Assembly: GCF_000142905.1 (NCBI RefSeq)
Contig: NW_013657613.1
Coordinates: forward strand, 52,502 to 116,501
Length of the DNA stretch: 64,000 bases
From: Thecamonas trahens ATCC 50062
Taxonomy: Eukaryota > Protista > Apusomonadida
Direction: 5' to 3'
Below the pieces are notes generated by a model that was not told the DNA's origin, made no database searches, and worked only from the letters and a program-made list of their open reading frames with translations. Each line of letters opens with the position of its first letter. The first letter of the stretch is position 1. A program made the translations under genes and the position numbers. Shown here piece by piece: positions 30,785-41,132 of the stretch.

Positions 30785-32115
30785 TGTCGCCACCCCGACC
30801 CCCCCCCGCAACCAACCCCACCCAATAGCCCCCATACCCATACCCATAAGTTCCCCTTCCCCCCCTTCCCCCCCTCCCTCCCCCCCCCCCCCCCCCCCCT
30901 TCCTCCCTCCTATGTACCATACCTGCATGGCAATGATCGACGCCTCCAGGCGGACGAGGAGGACACCAATGGTATCAATCATCTGGCGAACGGAACCATT
31001 CCGGCCACATGGTAGGTATGGGTATGGTACTCCTGAATGACTGCTATCCCCACACAGAGTCACGTGTGGGGAGGGAAGGAGGTTGTGGGGCTGTGGGNNN
31101 NNNNNNNNNNNNNNNNNNNNNNNNNNNNNNNNNNNNNNNNNNNNNNNNNNNNNNNNNNNNNNNNNNNNNNNNNNNNNNNNNNNNNNNNNNNNNNNNNGGG
31201 GAGCGTGGATGGTTTTTTTGTTGACGATGACGTCGGACGAGATGGCGTACAAGCCGCGTCGTCAAAGTCTGAGAAGTTGATACCAAAAGCAGGGTTGTTG
31301 CCTTGGATTTCAACGCCGAAGGTCCGATACGCGCCGCTCCGTCGTCATTGCAGTCCTGATACAAGATGTAAGAGGGGAGGGAACGGACTCGGGATGAGGC
31401 AGTAAAAGTCATTAGAAAGGCCTTGAATACGTGAGCCGACTCGGGAGAGTCAGGAGTGAAGATTTGGTGTCTCGCCTTGTTCCCAACCTAATCCAGCTCA
31501 GCCCGCTTCATTCTCTGAGGAGACCTAGCTCGAAGACCGCACCTAGTGCTGGGGGGGGGGGGGGGGGGGGAGAGGGTGCCTTCTGTCAACACCGTCCGTC
31601 TCCCCTTCATGCCTGTTCCCCCAATCTCAGGCAGTGGCTGGTGACACATGCCACTTGGGATGGACGAATCATGCTGCGGGAGGGAGACAGACACATCACA
31701 GACACACATACATATGTACTTATCGTACATACCCTCCCTCTGTACCTCTCTCTCTCTCTCCCTGATCAGTCACATCACATCATGCCCACGATGCAGGCAG
31801 ATCGGCTCCTTGCTCATGATCCGCACACACACACATCACACACATCACACACACATCACACACACATCACACACACATCACATACATATCGTACATACCC
31901 TCCCTCTTCACCTCTCTCCCTCCCCGATCAGTCACATCACACATCATGCCCACGATGCAGTCCCAGGCCTGTGCTCTGTCCGGATCGTCGTCCGACGGGA
32001 GCAAGGGGAGCAGCAGCAGACCAGGTCACCCCCCCCCCCCCCACCACCACCACCACCACCACCACCTCGCTCCCCCCTCCCTTCCTCCCTCCCCCCCCCC
32101 CCCTCCTCCTCGACC

Positions 32116-33258
32116 ATGGCCACCCGCATCCAGCAGGCGTCTCGGATGCTTGTGGTTGCCCTCGGCGTGGCTGCGGCTGCGGCTGCTGTGGCCTGGAAGC
32201 AACTCGGTCGTCACCCATTGTCATCGCCATTGTCTTTATCGTCTTCATCTTCATCGTCTTCATCCTCATCGTCGGCATCGTCGGCAGCATCAGCGCCATA
32301 CGCCGCATTGTCTGCATTGTCACGCGCCTCGAGTCGACGGGCGGTTAGAGCCAGTCCCGGTGCTGGTCTGGGCGCTCTGGTCAAGATCGGAGGCGCCGTG
32401 CTGGCGCCCAAGACAAGCAAGGTCGATGGCTCGGTGGCTGAGGAGGAGCTGGATCCAGAGGCCATGCATGCCGCTGTGGCTGTCTTGGCAGAGGCCTGGC
32501 GTGTTCATCGCGCCAAAGGCGGCCTCGTCGTCGTCCATGGTGCCGGCTCGTACGGCCATCCCGCGGCAAAGCGCGCCGGCTTGAGATCCACCACCGCCCG
32601 TGATGACCGCAACCGCAGTCGCAACCGTGATCGTGGTGGTGGTGGTGGTGGCTCGTCTCCGAGACCGAGAGCGGCTGCGCCGGGTGTGGCGGCAACCCGG
32701 GCTTCGGTCACGCTGCTCAATGTGCTCCTTGTTCGCGCTCTGGTCGATGCCGGCATTCCGGCCGTCTCAGTCTCGCCCTTTGCGGCCCCGGACCAGACGG
32801 ATCTCATTGCCGCCATGCGCAGGTGCTTGGCAGCGGGCCTTGTTCCGGTAGTCCACGGCGACGTCATCGACCTGGCCGCACCTGCTGTCCTCTCGGGCGA
32901 CGTCGTCATGGAGTGGATCGCCGACGCTCTCGCCCCGCAGACCGTTGTCTTCTTCACTGACGTTGCCGGCGTTTACACCGCCGATCCCAAGTACAATGCC
33001 ACTGCCACGCGCATCCCCATTGTTGACGCCACCACTTCCGACGCCGAGCTGGCCGCGCTCACCACCGCACCGCCCGACACCTCGCCCGACGTCACCGGCG
33101 GCCTGCTCACCAAGATCAAGTCGGCGCTGGCCATAGCCCGCACCCTGCCGGGCACACCCGTCGCCATCACCGCCCTGCACGACAGACCGACAGCCCTGGC
33201 CGCTGTCGGTGTGGCCCCACTCGACGCTGCAACCTTTGCCGGCACCCTCATCACATGA
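32116..33258 (+). CDS. IPK: Isopentenyl phosphate kinase (amino-acid kinase family) with an N-terminal hydrophobic extension
   Basis: VKIGGAV, VHGAGSYGH (IPK-type His), PVVHGDV, LSGDVV, TDVAGVY, DVTGG..TKI. Confidence 0.88.
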   Translation: MATRIQQASRMLVVALGVAAAAAAVAWKQLGRHPLSSPLSLSSSSSSSSSSSSASSAASAPYAALSALSRASSRRAVRASPGAGLGALVKIGGAVLAPKTSKVDGSVAEEELDPEAMHAAVAVLAEAWRVHRAKGGLVVVHGAGSYGHPAAKRAGLRSTTARDDRNRSRNRDRGGGGGGSSPRPRAAAPGVAATRASVTLLNVLLVRALVDAGIPAVSVSPFAAPDQTDLIAAMRRCLAAGLVPVVHGDVIDLAAPAVLSGDVVMEWIADALAPQTVVFFTDVAGVYTADPKYNATATRIPIVDATTSDAELAALTTAPPDTSPDVTGGLLTKIKSALAIARTLPGTPVAITALHDRPTALAAVGVAPLDAATFAGTLIT

Positions 33259-33271
33259 CGAATTGGTTTAA

Positions 33272-33822
33272 CCCTTTTACGGTACGGAATGGACAAAGTT
33301 GTCCATCGCGCAAGCCGCGCTCCGCGGCGCTCCACTGACGTCGCAACGTCCATCAATCGCGGTAAAGGGTAGAACAATGTGTTAATGGCTGCCACAACAG
33401 AAAACAGTCGGCGATGCAGAGATGGACGCCGCGATCGCTTGCCATAAAGCTTCCGGCAGGCGAGGCAGTCGCGTTGCACAGTGGCTCGCTGTGGAAAGTG
33501 GTGATGACGAGCAGCTGCTGCAGAGGTGACGACGTCGTTGAGTCTGGAGGACGAGAGCAGGTTGCCAGGAAACGGCACTCGATCGAGTCCTTCCGCGTAG
33601 CAGCAGCGATGTCGTTGCCCACGTTGCACACAAGGGCGTCGCCAGAACAAGCGTCGGGCGGCAGGCCCCACGTGTGAGCCTCGCATCGGGCGCGCCACCC
33701 ACCTCAAGCCGCAGGCCAAGCAGGCGTCGCACAGCGTCGGCCGGTGACCAGAAAGTCAAGCATCATCGAGTTGTTCACTTTGAGACGCGCGACAACGCGT
33801 CCGAACGACCGTAGTGTAAGGG
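33272..33822 (-). mobile_element. Internally deleted, non-autonomous piggyBac element (551 bp)
   Basis: TTAA (33268-71) CCCTTTTACGGT ... ACCGTAGTGTAAGGG TTAA (33823-26). Internal remnant of the transposase Cys-rich tail: HFP...RDCLAC and VHLCIADCF. Confidence 0.82.
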
Positions 33823-33834
33823 TTAAGATAATGG

Positions 33835-34749
33835 CTACGCCGCCTTCATGTGCGGCCGCGACCTCTTGCGCCAGCGACGACGCGGAGCGAGCAGTGCTGG
33901 CAGAGCAATGCCTGTGACGGCGGCAAAGATGGACGTCGCCACTTGAGTAAACCACCGGTAGTAGAGGGCGTGGTCGGCGATAGCGCGGATGGATGTCGAC
34001 TCGATGACCGGCGGCGGAGCGAGCATGTAGTTGAGGTTGACGCCCGTCAGCAGCGAGCCAAAGCCGAGGACCCAGACCTGGTACATGGCCCACCAGCCAA
34101 AGCCAAACGCCATCCACGCCCCACGCCGCGGCAGGACAGGGATGATGCCGGTGACCATGAGAACCAGCGGAGCGCCAGCAATGATGATGTGCTGGACAAA
34201 GAACGAGTACAGCTCAAGCGAGCCCGGCGTGTACGTCCGCAGGTCCGGCATGAGCAAGGCCATCCACGGCGCCCACTGAACAAACAGATGCATGTTGAAC
34301 AAGACCACACCAAGGCTCGATCGCGGCGCCATGAGCACAATGACAAGGACGAGCGAGAAGATGTGGCACGGCTGGAGCAGAAAGGCCAGCGATCCCTTGG
34401 CCATCTTCCACCCTACCGTCCGCACCAGGATGGCAAACAGGAGCAAGCCCGTCCCAGCACAAGCGAGACGGACAGCGCCATGCACCGGCTTCAAACGCGG
34501 ACCCACAGCCTTCTTTCCGATCCGCGAGCAGCCCCAAGCCACGACAGCCAAGTAGACAGCAGAAAAAGCCACGAGCTCCACAAAATGCTGTTCCGGCGAC
34601 AGAAACCACGTCCCTGCCTTTGCTGATGTGTCCGGCAAATAAGCATCCGCCGGGAGAATGTCATTCGATGCCACGGCCACCACCAATTGGCCTCCCATCG
34701 CCACACCACCCTCCAACCACTCGTTCATCACTTGAAGCAAATTCGACAT
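33835..34749 (-). CDS. TMEM164: TMEM164 family membrane protein
   Basis: WFLSPEQH..E, FLLQPCH, FFVQH...APL, TGVNLNYMLAP. Confidence 0.88.
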   Translation of the reverse strand: MSNLLQVMNEWLEGGVAMGGQLVVAVASNDILPADAYLPDTSAKAGTWFLSPEQHFVELVAFSAVYLAVVAWGCSRIGKKAVGPRLKPVHGAVRLACAGTGLLLFAILVRTVGWKMAKGSLAFLLQPCHIFSLVLVIVLMAPRSSLGVVLFNMHLFVQWAPWMALLMPDLRTYTPGSLELYSFFVQHIIIAGAPLVLMVTGIIPVLPRRGAWMAFGFGWWAMYQVWVLGFGSLLTGVNLNYMLAPPPVIESTSIRAIADHALYYRWFTQVATSIFAAVTGIALPALLAPRRRWRKRSRPHMKAA

Positions 34750-35449
34750 TGCACGATCCCGCCACAAGCCACAGCCAACACAGAGCCAAACGAGCCAACG
34801 AGCCAAACGAGCCAAACGAGCCAACCAACCAGCCACTCACTCAGCCAGCCGCCTCTTCACACCACAACCTCAGCAAGACACGTTCCGACCACGTGGATGC
34901 TGTTGTGTGTGGTTTGTCCAGGAAACAAAAGTCAAGTATACCGCTCCCCCCTCCCCCTTCCCCCCCCCCCCCCTCCCCGCCCGCCACGCCTCGTGCCAAA
35001 CTCTGCCGGTGAGTCAGCCAATGGTCGTTTAGCGCGTGCGGGAGCGGAAGCGTGCATTTTTTGGGGAGGAGGGAGGGAGGGGCCCATTTGGAATTATTTC
35101 CCCTCTAAGCATCTTGACCTCGGCTGGGCAGGGAGGGTGGGTGGTAAGGAGAAGGCGATGATGGAGCGGAGGACGTGTGGCATGATAGTAGCATTTGTGA
35201 TGTGTGCGTGGGTACAACGGGAGGGCTACTGACGTATCACTTGTCATGGGCGTATGGTATTTTTCTGCAAGAAGTGGACAAATTGCGCGCTTGGCGTGCA
35301 TACGATGGACGTACCATATGGACATATCAATTATGCCATGGCTCACAGAGCCGATTCTTCCGGGGATCGTCGACACTGGGCAGATAGTGGTCGAGATCCG
35401 CCGTCGACGACTGGCTAGTTCATCGCCATCACCTCTCTCTCTCATCGTG

Positions 35450-36532
35450 ATGCTCCACGGCGCACGACAGCTGGCGAGACAGACGACAAGGTTGGCGGTA
35501 ACGAGTACAAGTGCGATGGCAGGTACTATGACGGGCGGCAAGCCGATGATGGGGCTGGCGATGAGCTCTGAAAGCAAGATCGACGAGCCGGCAGCAGTGG
35601 CGTCATGGCGGAAGGAGATGATGGCCAACGACGCGGTGGTCCGCGGCCCCGAGATCCTCGCCCCCTGGCCGCTTGAGGCATACACTGCGCTTGTGGACTC
35701 CAAGATCGCAGCCAAGGTGGCATCGCCCGAGGCTGCTATTTTTGCTGCCGCCGACGACCATGCCGACGGCAGAGCTGGCCGCCAGCTCCCGCTCAACGCT
35801 CAATGGCTCTACTTCAAGAACAGTCTCCCAACTGACGCCCTCGACGACGACGGCTACGAGCGGAGCTATGCCCCGCCTCACCCCTTTAACCTCCGTATGT
35901 TTGCTGGTGGCTCAGTCGAGGCCTTTGCCCCTCTCGCCGTGGGCATGCACGTCGAGGAGCGGACCGTGGTCGAGGACGTGACCTTCAAGGCCGGCTCGGC
36001 CTTTGACATGGTCTTTGTCACTCTCAAGTCGTCCTACGTCGACGTCTCCCGCCCGCATGCAGAGTCCACAGTCCGCATCGATCGCCGCCGCTTCATGTAC
36101 CGCCCGCCTGTCGAGTATCTTCTCCCGGACGCCCGCGAGCCCAATCCGGAGGCCGACGCCCTCATCGCCGACGCCCTCGTCTCCCTCGACCTCTCGTGGT
36201 CAACCGTCGACCTGTTCCGCTACTCAGCGTTGACCTACAACGGCCATCGCATCCACTATGACGCTCCCTACTGCGCCAAGGAGGGCTTCCGCGCTCCTGT
36301 CGTCCACGGTCCGCTCACCGCCTCAGCCATGCTCTCGCTCCTCCGTGGCCATCTTCCTCTGGAGGACGTCATCGCCTTTGACTATCGCCTCGTCTCGCCG
36401 CTTCTTGCCGACGACCAGATGACGCTGCTGCTGAGCACGGGCTCGAGCGACTCGCGCTACACCCTCAAGGTTCTCGACAAGGACAGCTACGTGGCCGCTG
36501 TCGGCCTCGCCACCGTCGCCAAGCCCATCTAA
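35450..36532 (+). CDS. HTD2: Double hot-dog dehydratase (HTD2 / mesaconyl-CoA hydratase-like), likely mitochondrial
   Basis: RMFAGG, LFRYSALTYNGHRIHYD, VVHGPL. Presequence-like MLHGARQLARQTTRL. Confidence 0.85.
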   Translation: MLHGARQLARQTTRLAVTSTSAMAGTMTGGKPMMGLAMSSESKIDEPAAVASWRKEMMANDAVVRGPEILAPWPLEAYTALVDSKIAAKVASPEAAIFAAADDHADGRAGRQLPLNAQWLYFKNSLPTDALDDDGYERSYAPPHPFNLRMFAGGSVEAFAPLAVGMHVEERTVVEDVTFKAGSAFDMVFVTLKSSYVDVSRPHAESTVRIDRRRFMYRPPVEYLLPDAREPNPEADALIADALVSLDLSWSTVDLFRYSALTYNGHRIHYDAPYCAKEGFRAPVVHGPLTASAMLSLLRGHLPLEDVIAFDYRLVSPLLADDQMTLLLSTGSSDSRYTLKVLDKDSYVAAVGLATVAKPI

Positions 36533-36572
36533 CGACACACACACACACACACACACACGTATACAGTTTGTC

Positions 36573-38933
36573 TTACGGTGATGTAGCTGACAGATCAAAG
36601 TCGGCAGAGTCGAGGTCAAAGTCATCCGAACAAAACGAGGTCACCAGCCCGGTCTCGTCACCACCATCGGCGCCCAGCAGCGAGTTCTGCGTTTGCGAGG
36701 CGAGAAAGGCGTCGACGTCACGCTCCAACTCCTCGTCGCGGCCAGAGCCGTCACTATCACTATCAAACTCAAGATCCACGTCGTCTCCGCCCCCACCGCC
36801 ACTGCCGGACATGTTGGACATGCTCGACATGCTCGACAGGTCTCCAAGATCTTCCAGCTCGGCAGAGAGGTTGCCGAGAGCATAGGTGCCGGATCCGGAT
36901 CCGCTGTGAGCTCCAGCCTCGGGCTCGGCCTCAGCGTCAGCCTCGCTCCTGCTCATACTCTTGCTTCTGCTCCCACACTCACTGCCGTCGACGCTTCCGT
37001 GTCCACTGCTGCCACTCCTGCTCTTTGGCGGAGGTTGCACAGCTCGACGGCGGCGGGTGCGGGTGCGAGGCTGGCTGTGGGCCACGTTGTCAGTCGACTC
37101 GAAGGCAGCCAGCCTTGCGGCCGATGCCGACGACGCAGTCCTGCGTAGCTGGATTGGGTCACGGGTCGGCATGGTCGGATCCGCCGGCTGGAGCCACGGC
37201 TTGACCGACGCCATCGAGTAGTTGGACGTGAGCCGTGAGCCAAAGACCCGGCCGCTCCCCACTGACCTCGACTCCGACTCGTCGGCATCTAGCTCAACAG
37301 CCTTCGCCTTGGTCGCCATCAGTCGGTCAAACTCGTCCTGGCTCAGACCGAGCGCAGCCGCAGTAAGCGGTGGCAGCTCAAGGACGTCAAAGTTGGCCGG
37401 CTCGGCGAAGCCTCCGGACGATGCAGTCTCGCGGGCAGCGCCGAGGCGCGTCGACGCACCGGCGGCTTCGGCCACAGTGGCGGCGTCGCGGGCGCGCTGA
37501 AGGCGGCGGGCGGCCGCGGCGCGATCGGCCGCCGATGCGCCGTACGCCATCTGCAACCGGTCGCCCTTGGGCCCGGCTTGGGTCTTTGTCCGGTGCTTGC
37601 GGCGCTCGCGCCGACGCGCCTCGGCAGGCAAACCGGCGCGCCGGGTCTGCAGCTTGCGGCCGACCCGTCGCTCGACCTCGGCGGCCGCAGCCTGCGAGCG
37701 GGCAGCGAGCGAGCGCAAGCGCTGAGCAACCGACTCCACACCGGGCGTTCGCGCTGCAATCTCGGCACCAATTGAGTACGCTTTGGCGGCGTCGGCGTGG
37801 TGGCGGAGATGGTCGTGCTCGACTGCAATGTTGTTAAAAACGCCAAGGATGGTGCGGAGCATGGCGGCGTCGCCGGGCACCTGCACAATGTGCGACTCCG
37901 CCTCTTCGCCCGAGGCCACAGCCGTAAACCGCGAGAAAAACTCGCGAATGTATGGTGCAAGCAACGACTTGGCCTCTATCCCTGCCTGCAGCGCATCTTC
38001 GTGTGCGTCGAGCTTGGAGTGGCACGCGCTCATGTTGAGCAGCGTTTGCGCCACCGCAAGCTCGTCGCCGGCCTCAGACTCGAGCCGCAGCGCGGCTGCA
38101 AGCAGCCGCAACGCCGTCCGTGGCCGCTTGATCCGCCGCTGCAGGAGCGCAGCGTTGTTGAGCCACGCAGCTTCCAGCCGCGCCTCGCCAAACTTGGCCA
38201 GCGCTGCTTCGGCCGCAGCCAGTAGCACCGACGCTGTCCGTTCCACCGCACCGGCCGACGGCGGAACCATGACTGATGCCGAGCCAAACTTGCGCGCGTC
38301 GGCCAAGCTCGGCAGCAGGCCCTTGGCATCGTTAGCAGGACTCGCTGCCGCATCAAGCAGCAACGCCGCCGCCGCTGCTGTGGTGTACTCGATGAGATGA
38401 TGAGCAGCACGGGTAGCATGATCCGAGCTCGCGCCGTAGCCCCTGATAGTCAACCGCAGTCGCTCGCGCAGAACTGCATAGCCATGTGGAGTATCCAGCG
38501 CCGCCAGCGATGGCGGATGATCCGCCACATCTCCCAGCTCGGCCAACCGCGCTGCGAGCTTTGCGTCGGGCCGCCGCTCTGTCTGCGACACTGTCGACGA
38601 CGATGACGCCGGCCGCTCCGACCGTCCCACCAAGCCGCTGGTAGCAGATACATCTGTTGACCGAGCTGACCACTCATGCGAGCCGTCATCCGACGCATCG
38701 AGAGAGAACGAGTCGAGATGGTCATCATGATGATAAGGATCATCGACGTCGGGGTCATCACCATGATTGTCGCCATTGCCTCCATGGTGCTCTGCGCTAT
38801 CTGAAGGACCATGATCACGGTCTGTCGCGAGACCAGCGTCTGTTGTCGGCGATGCGGTGACGACGACCCATCCGTCAGCACTCTCGTCATCAGTCACACC
38901 AACCGCACCGCCATCTCTGTCCGACTGCGACAT
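36573..38933 (-). CDS. TPR-containing protein with disordered termini
   Basis: WLNNAALL...ALRLLAAALRLE, TLLNMSACHSKLDAHEDAL, FNNIAVEHDHL..A..AY. Acidic/Ser-rich ends. Confidence 0.75.
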   Translation of the reverse strand: MSQSDRDGGAVGVTDDESADGWVVVTASPTTDAGLATDRDHGPSDSAEHHGGNGDNHGDDPDVDDPYHHDDHLDSFSLDASDDGSHEWSARSTDVSATSGLVGRSERPASSSSTVSQTERRPDAKLAARLAELGDVADHPPSLAALDTPHGYAVLRERLRLTIRGYGASSDHATRAAHHLIEYTTAAAAALLLDAAASPANDAKGLLPSLADARKFGSASVMVPPSAGAVERTASVLLAAAEAALAKFGEARLEAAWLNNAALLQRRIKRPRTALRLLAAALRLESEAGDELAVAQTLLNMSACHSKLDAHEDALQAGIEAKSLLAPYIREFFSRFTAVASGEEAESHIVQVPGDAAMLRTILGVFNNIAVEHDHLRHHADAAKAYSIGAEIAARTPGVESVAQRLRSLAARSQAAAAEVERRVGRKLQTRRAGLPAEARRRERRKHRTKTQAGPKGDRLQMAYGASAADRAAAARRLQRARDAATVAEAAGASTRLGAARETASSGGFAEPANFDVLELPPLTAAALGLSQDEFDRLMATKAKAVELDADESESRSVGSGRVFGSRLTSNYSMASVKPWLQPADPTMPTRDPIQLRRTASSASAARLAAFESTDNVAHSQPRTRTRRRRAVQPPPKSRSGSSGHGSVDGSECGSRSKSMSRSEADAEAEPEAGAHSGSGSGTYALGNLSAELEDLGDLSSMSSMSNMSGSGGGGGDDVDLEFDSDSDGSGRDEELERDVDAFLASQTQNSLLGADGGDETGLVTSFCSDDFDLDSADFDLSATSP

Positions 38934-39556
38934 GTTTGGCGCCAAGGAGGTGAGGACGGAGGGAGGGGGAAGGGGGGCGAGTTGGGGAGGATGGCGAGAG
39001 ATAGAGGTAGTCTGAGGGCGAAGCAGAGAGTGTGGTAGCCTTCTTATATGCAGGGGCAAGGAGGCGGAGTGAGGTGTTGTCGGTAAGAGATTATGACTAC
39101 GTGGGGGAGGGAAGGGAAGCTGACTGCGGGCAGGTGGTCGTCCTCGTTGATCACGATCGCACCCAACCAACTGTGGTGATCGATCAACCGGTTGGTGATG
39201 GGAGAAGGATGGAGAAGGGGAAAGCAACACAACGTGAAGGGCAAGGGCGACCATCTGCATACACATACAACATAGTAAACACCGCAAGGTCGGTGTGTAT
39301 GGTAACGGGAAACAAAGATGCACATGTCTATCATCCTCACACCATCTTGCTATTTCACCTTGACTTGGTTTTGCCATGATCAACAAAAGGTCGTCAAGTT
39401 TGCATGCGTCCGAAACAAGGACGATCATGACAAGAGGGGGTGAGGAGCCGGGCAGAGGTGACCTGGTATAGGCAAGGGGAAGAGTACAAGCAAGAGCAAG
39501 CACTTCTCTCTAAGGAAAGAGAGAGGGTGTTACTGAGCGAGGAGGGGAGGAAAAAC

Positions 39557-40525
39557 ATGGCTGCTACCGGTAACAGAGCAGGAGCAGGAGCGAGAGCAGG
39601 AGCAGGAGCAGCGGAAGGTGGAGAGGGAGACGGGCGGCCTGTGTTGAAGCTGAAGGAGTTGACGGCGCTTGCGCGCAACTTCCGTCAAGGAGTGCGTGTG
39701 CAGGATCGGTACATCAAGAAGGAGTGCTTCCCGCAAGCCTTTGTTGGCTCTGAAGCTGTGACCTTTCTGGTGGAGGAGGCGCTAGCCGATGACCGCGACG
39801 AGGCCGTGCGGCTGGGTCAGTGCCTTGCAGACGCGGGCATCTTCTTCCACGTCGGTGGTGGGGGTTCGTTTGTGGACGGAACAGAGCTGTATCAGTTCCA
39901 GGAACATGATCTAAGGCCGGACGATGGCGATGAGGCTGTCCCGCTGGGTGGCGATGATGCTATGTATTTGGCTTCAAAGTCGGGCTTTCTCCACAAGAAG
40001 GGCAAGTCCAAGTTTACCTCGTTCAAGAAGCGATGGTTTGTCCTTGCCAATGCCTTTCTCTTCTACTACAAAAAGCGGAACGATGTCCATCCACAAGGCG
40101 ACGTGCCGCTGCTGGGTGCTACGCTCTTGCGATCCAAGGCCAAGGATGAGGCCGGGATGGAGCTGACCACCGCTCACAACTCGCGCACCTTTCATATTGT
40201 GGCCGAGAACGAAGCCGAGCTTGGCGAGTGGATGTTTGCCATTGGCAAGGTCATGGCCAAACTTGCGCGATTTGACTCGTCCCCGACGCTTGCGCCGCGC
40301 CCGCCGCATCCGCCGACCGCGCTCTCGATCTTTGCCCGTGGTATGGTCGATAGCTTTGATGCGACGGCAGTGCTGAAGGCGGTGCGCGGACTGAGTTCTG
40401 TGGCCTTTGCTGAGGTTGATCTGGAGCGGGAGCACCTGCTTGTTCATCTGTCATCGCTGTTTGAGCCTGTCGAGCCTGTTCTCGCGGCCATCGAGATGTG
40501 CGGCATGTTGCCTGTTCTAGAGTAA
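39557..40525 (+). CDS. DEP + PH domain protein with a C-terminal HMA-like domain
   Basis: DEP: DR...F.GSEAVTFL...RDEAVRLGQ.L...FHV...F.D...YQF. PH: KSGFLHKKG..FKKRWFVL..LFYYK...EWMFAI. Tail: GMVDSFD..VLKAV..V..AEVDL...AAIE..G. Confidence 0.82.
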   Translation: MAATGNRAGAGARAGAGAAEGGEGDGRPVLKLKELTALARNFRQGVRVQDRYIKKECFPQAFVGSEAVTFLVEEALADDRDEAVRLGQCLADAGIFFHVGGGGSFVDGTELYQFQEHDLRPDDGDEAVPLGGDDAMYLASKSGFLHKKGKSKFTSFKKRWFVLANAFLFYYKKRNDVHPQGDVPLLGATLLRSKAKDEAGMELTTAHNSRTFHIVAENEAELGEWMFAIGKVMAKLARFDSSPTLAPRPPHPPTALSIFARGMVDSFDATAVLKAVRGLSSVAFAEVDLEREHLLVHLSSLFEPVEPVLAAIEMCGMLPVLE

Positions 40526-40536
40526 GGAGCGAAGAT

Positions 40537-41101
40537 TTACGAGCTTGAGCGAGATGACCGCGAGCCCGAGTTTGAGCCCGAGTTTGAGCCCGAGTTTGAG
40601 CCCGAGTTTGAGCCCGAGTTTGAGCCCGAGTTTGAGCCCGAGTTTGAGGCTGAGCCTGAGGATGAGGCGGAGCGGGAGCGGGAGCGGGAGCGCGAGACTG
40701 AGGCGTCCGAGCCGGCATCAGAGCCAGCATCCGAGCTGTTGGCAGAGCCGCTGGCTGAGCCGCTGGCAGAGCCGTGAGCAGCCGCAGAAGCCGCACTCTG
40801 CGAAGCAACTGGAGCCTCAGAGCCATGGGCAGAGGCGCTCGCAGAGGCGCTGGCTGAGCCGTGAGAAGCCGCAGAAGCCGCAGAAGCCGCACTCTGCGAA
40901 GCAACCGGAGCCTGATCAGCGCCAGCAAGCTCGGGCTCTGGCGCAGACTTGGGTGCAGGCTCGGGCGCGGTCTGAGCATCAGACTCGGACGGGTTGTGTT
41001 GAGCCGCGACCGAGGTGGATGCGGTGATGAGCCCCGAGTCGGACTCGGAGCCCGAGCGCGAACTTGATGGCGAGTGAGCGTCCTTGGTCTTGCCCTTCTT
41101 T

Positions 41102-41132
<31 letters not shown>

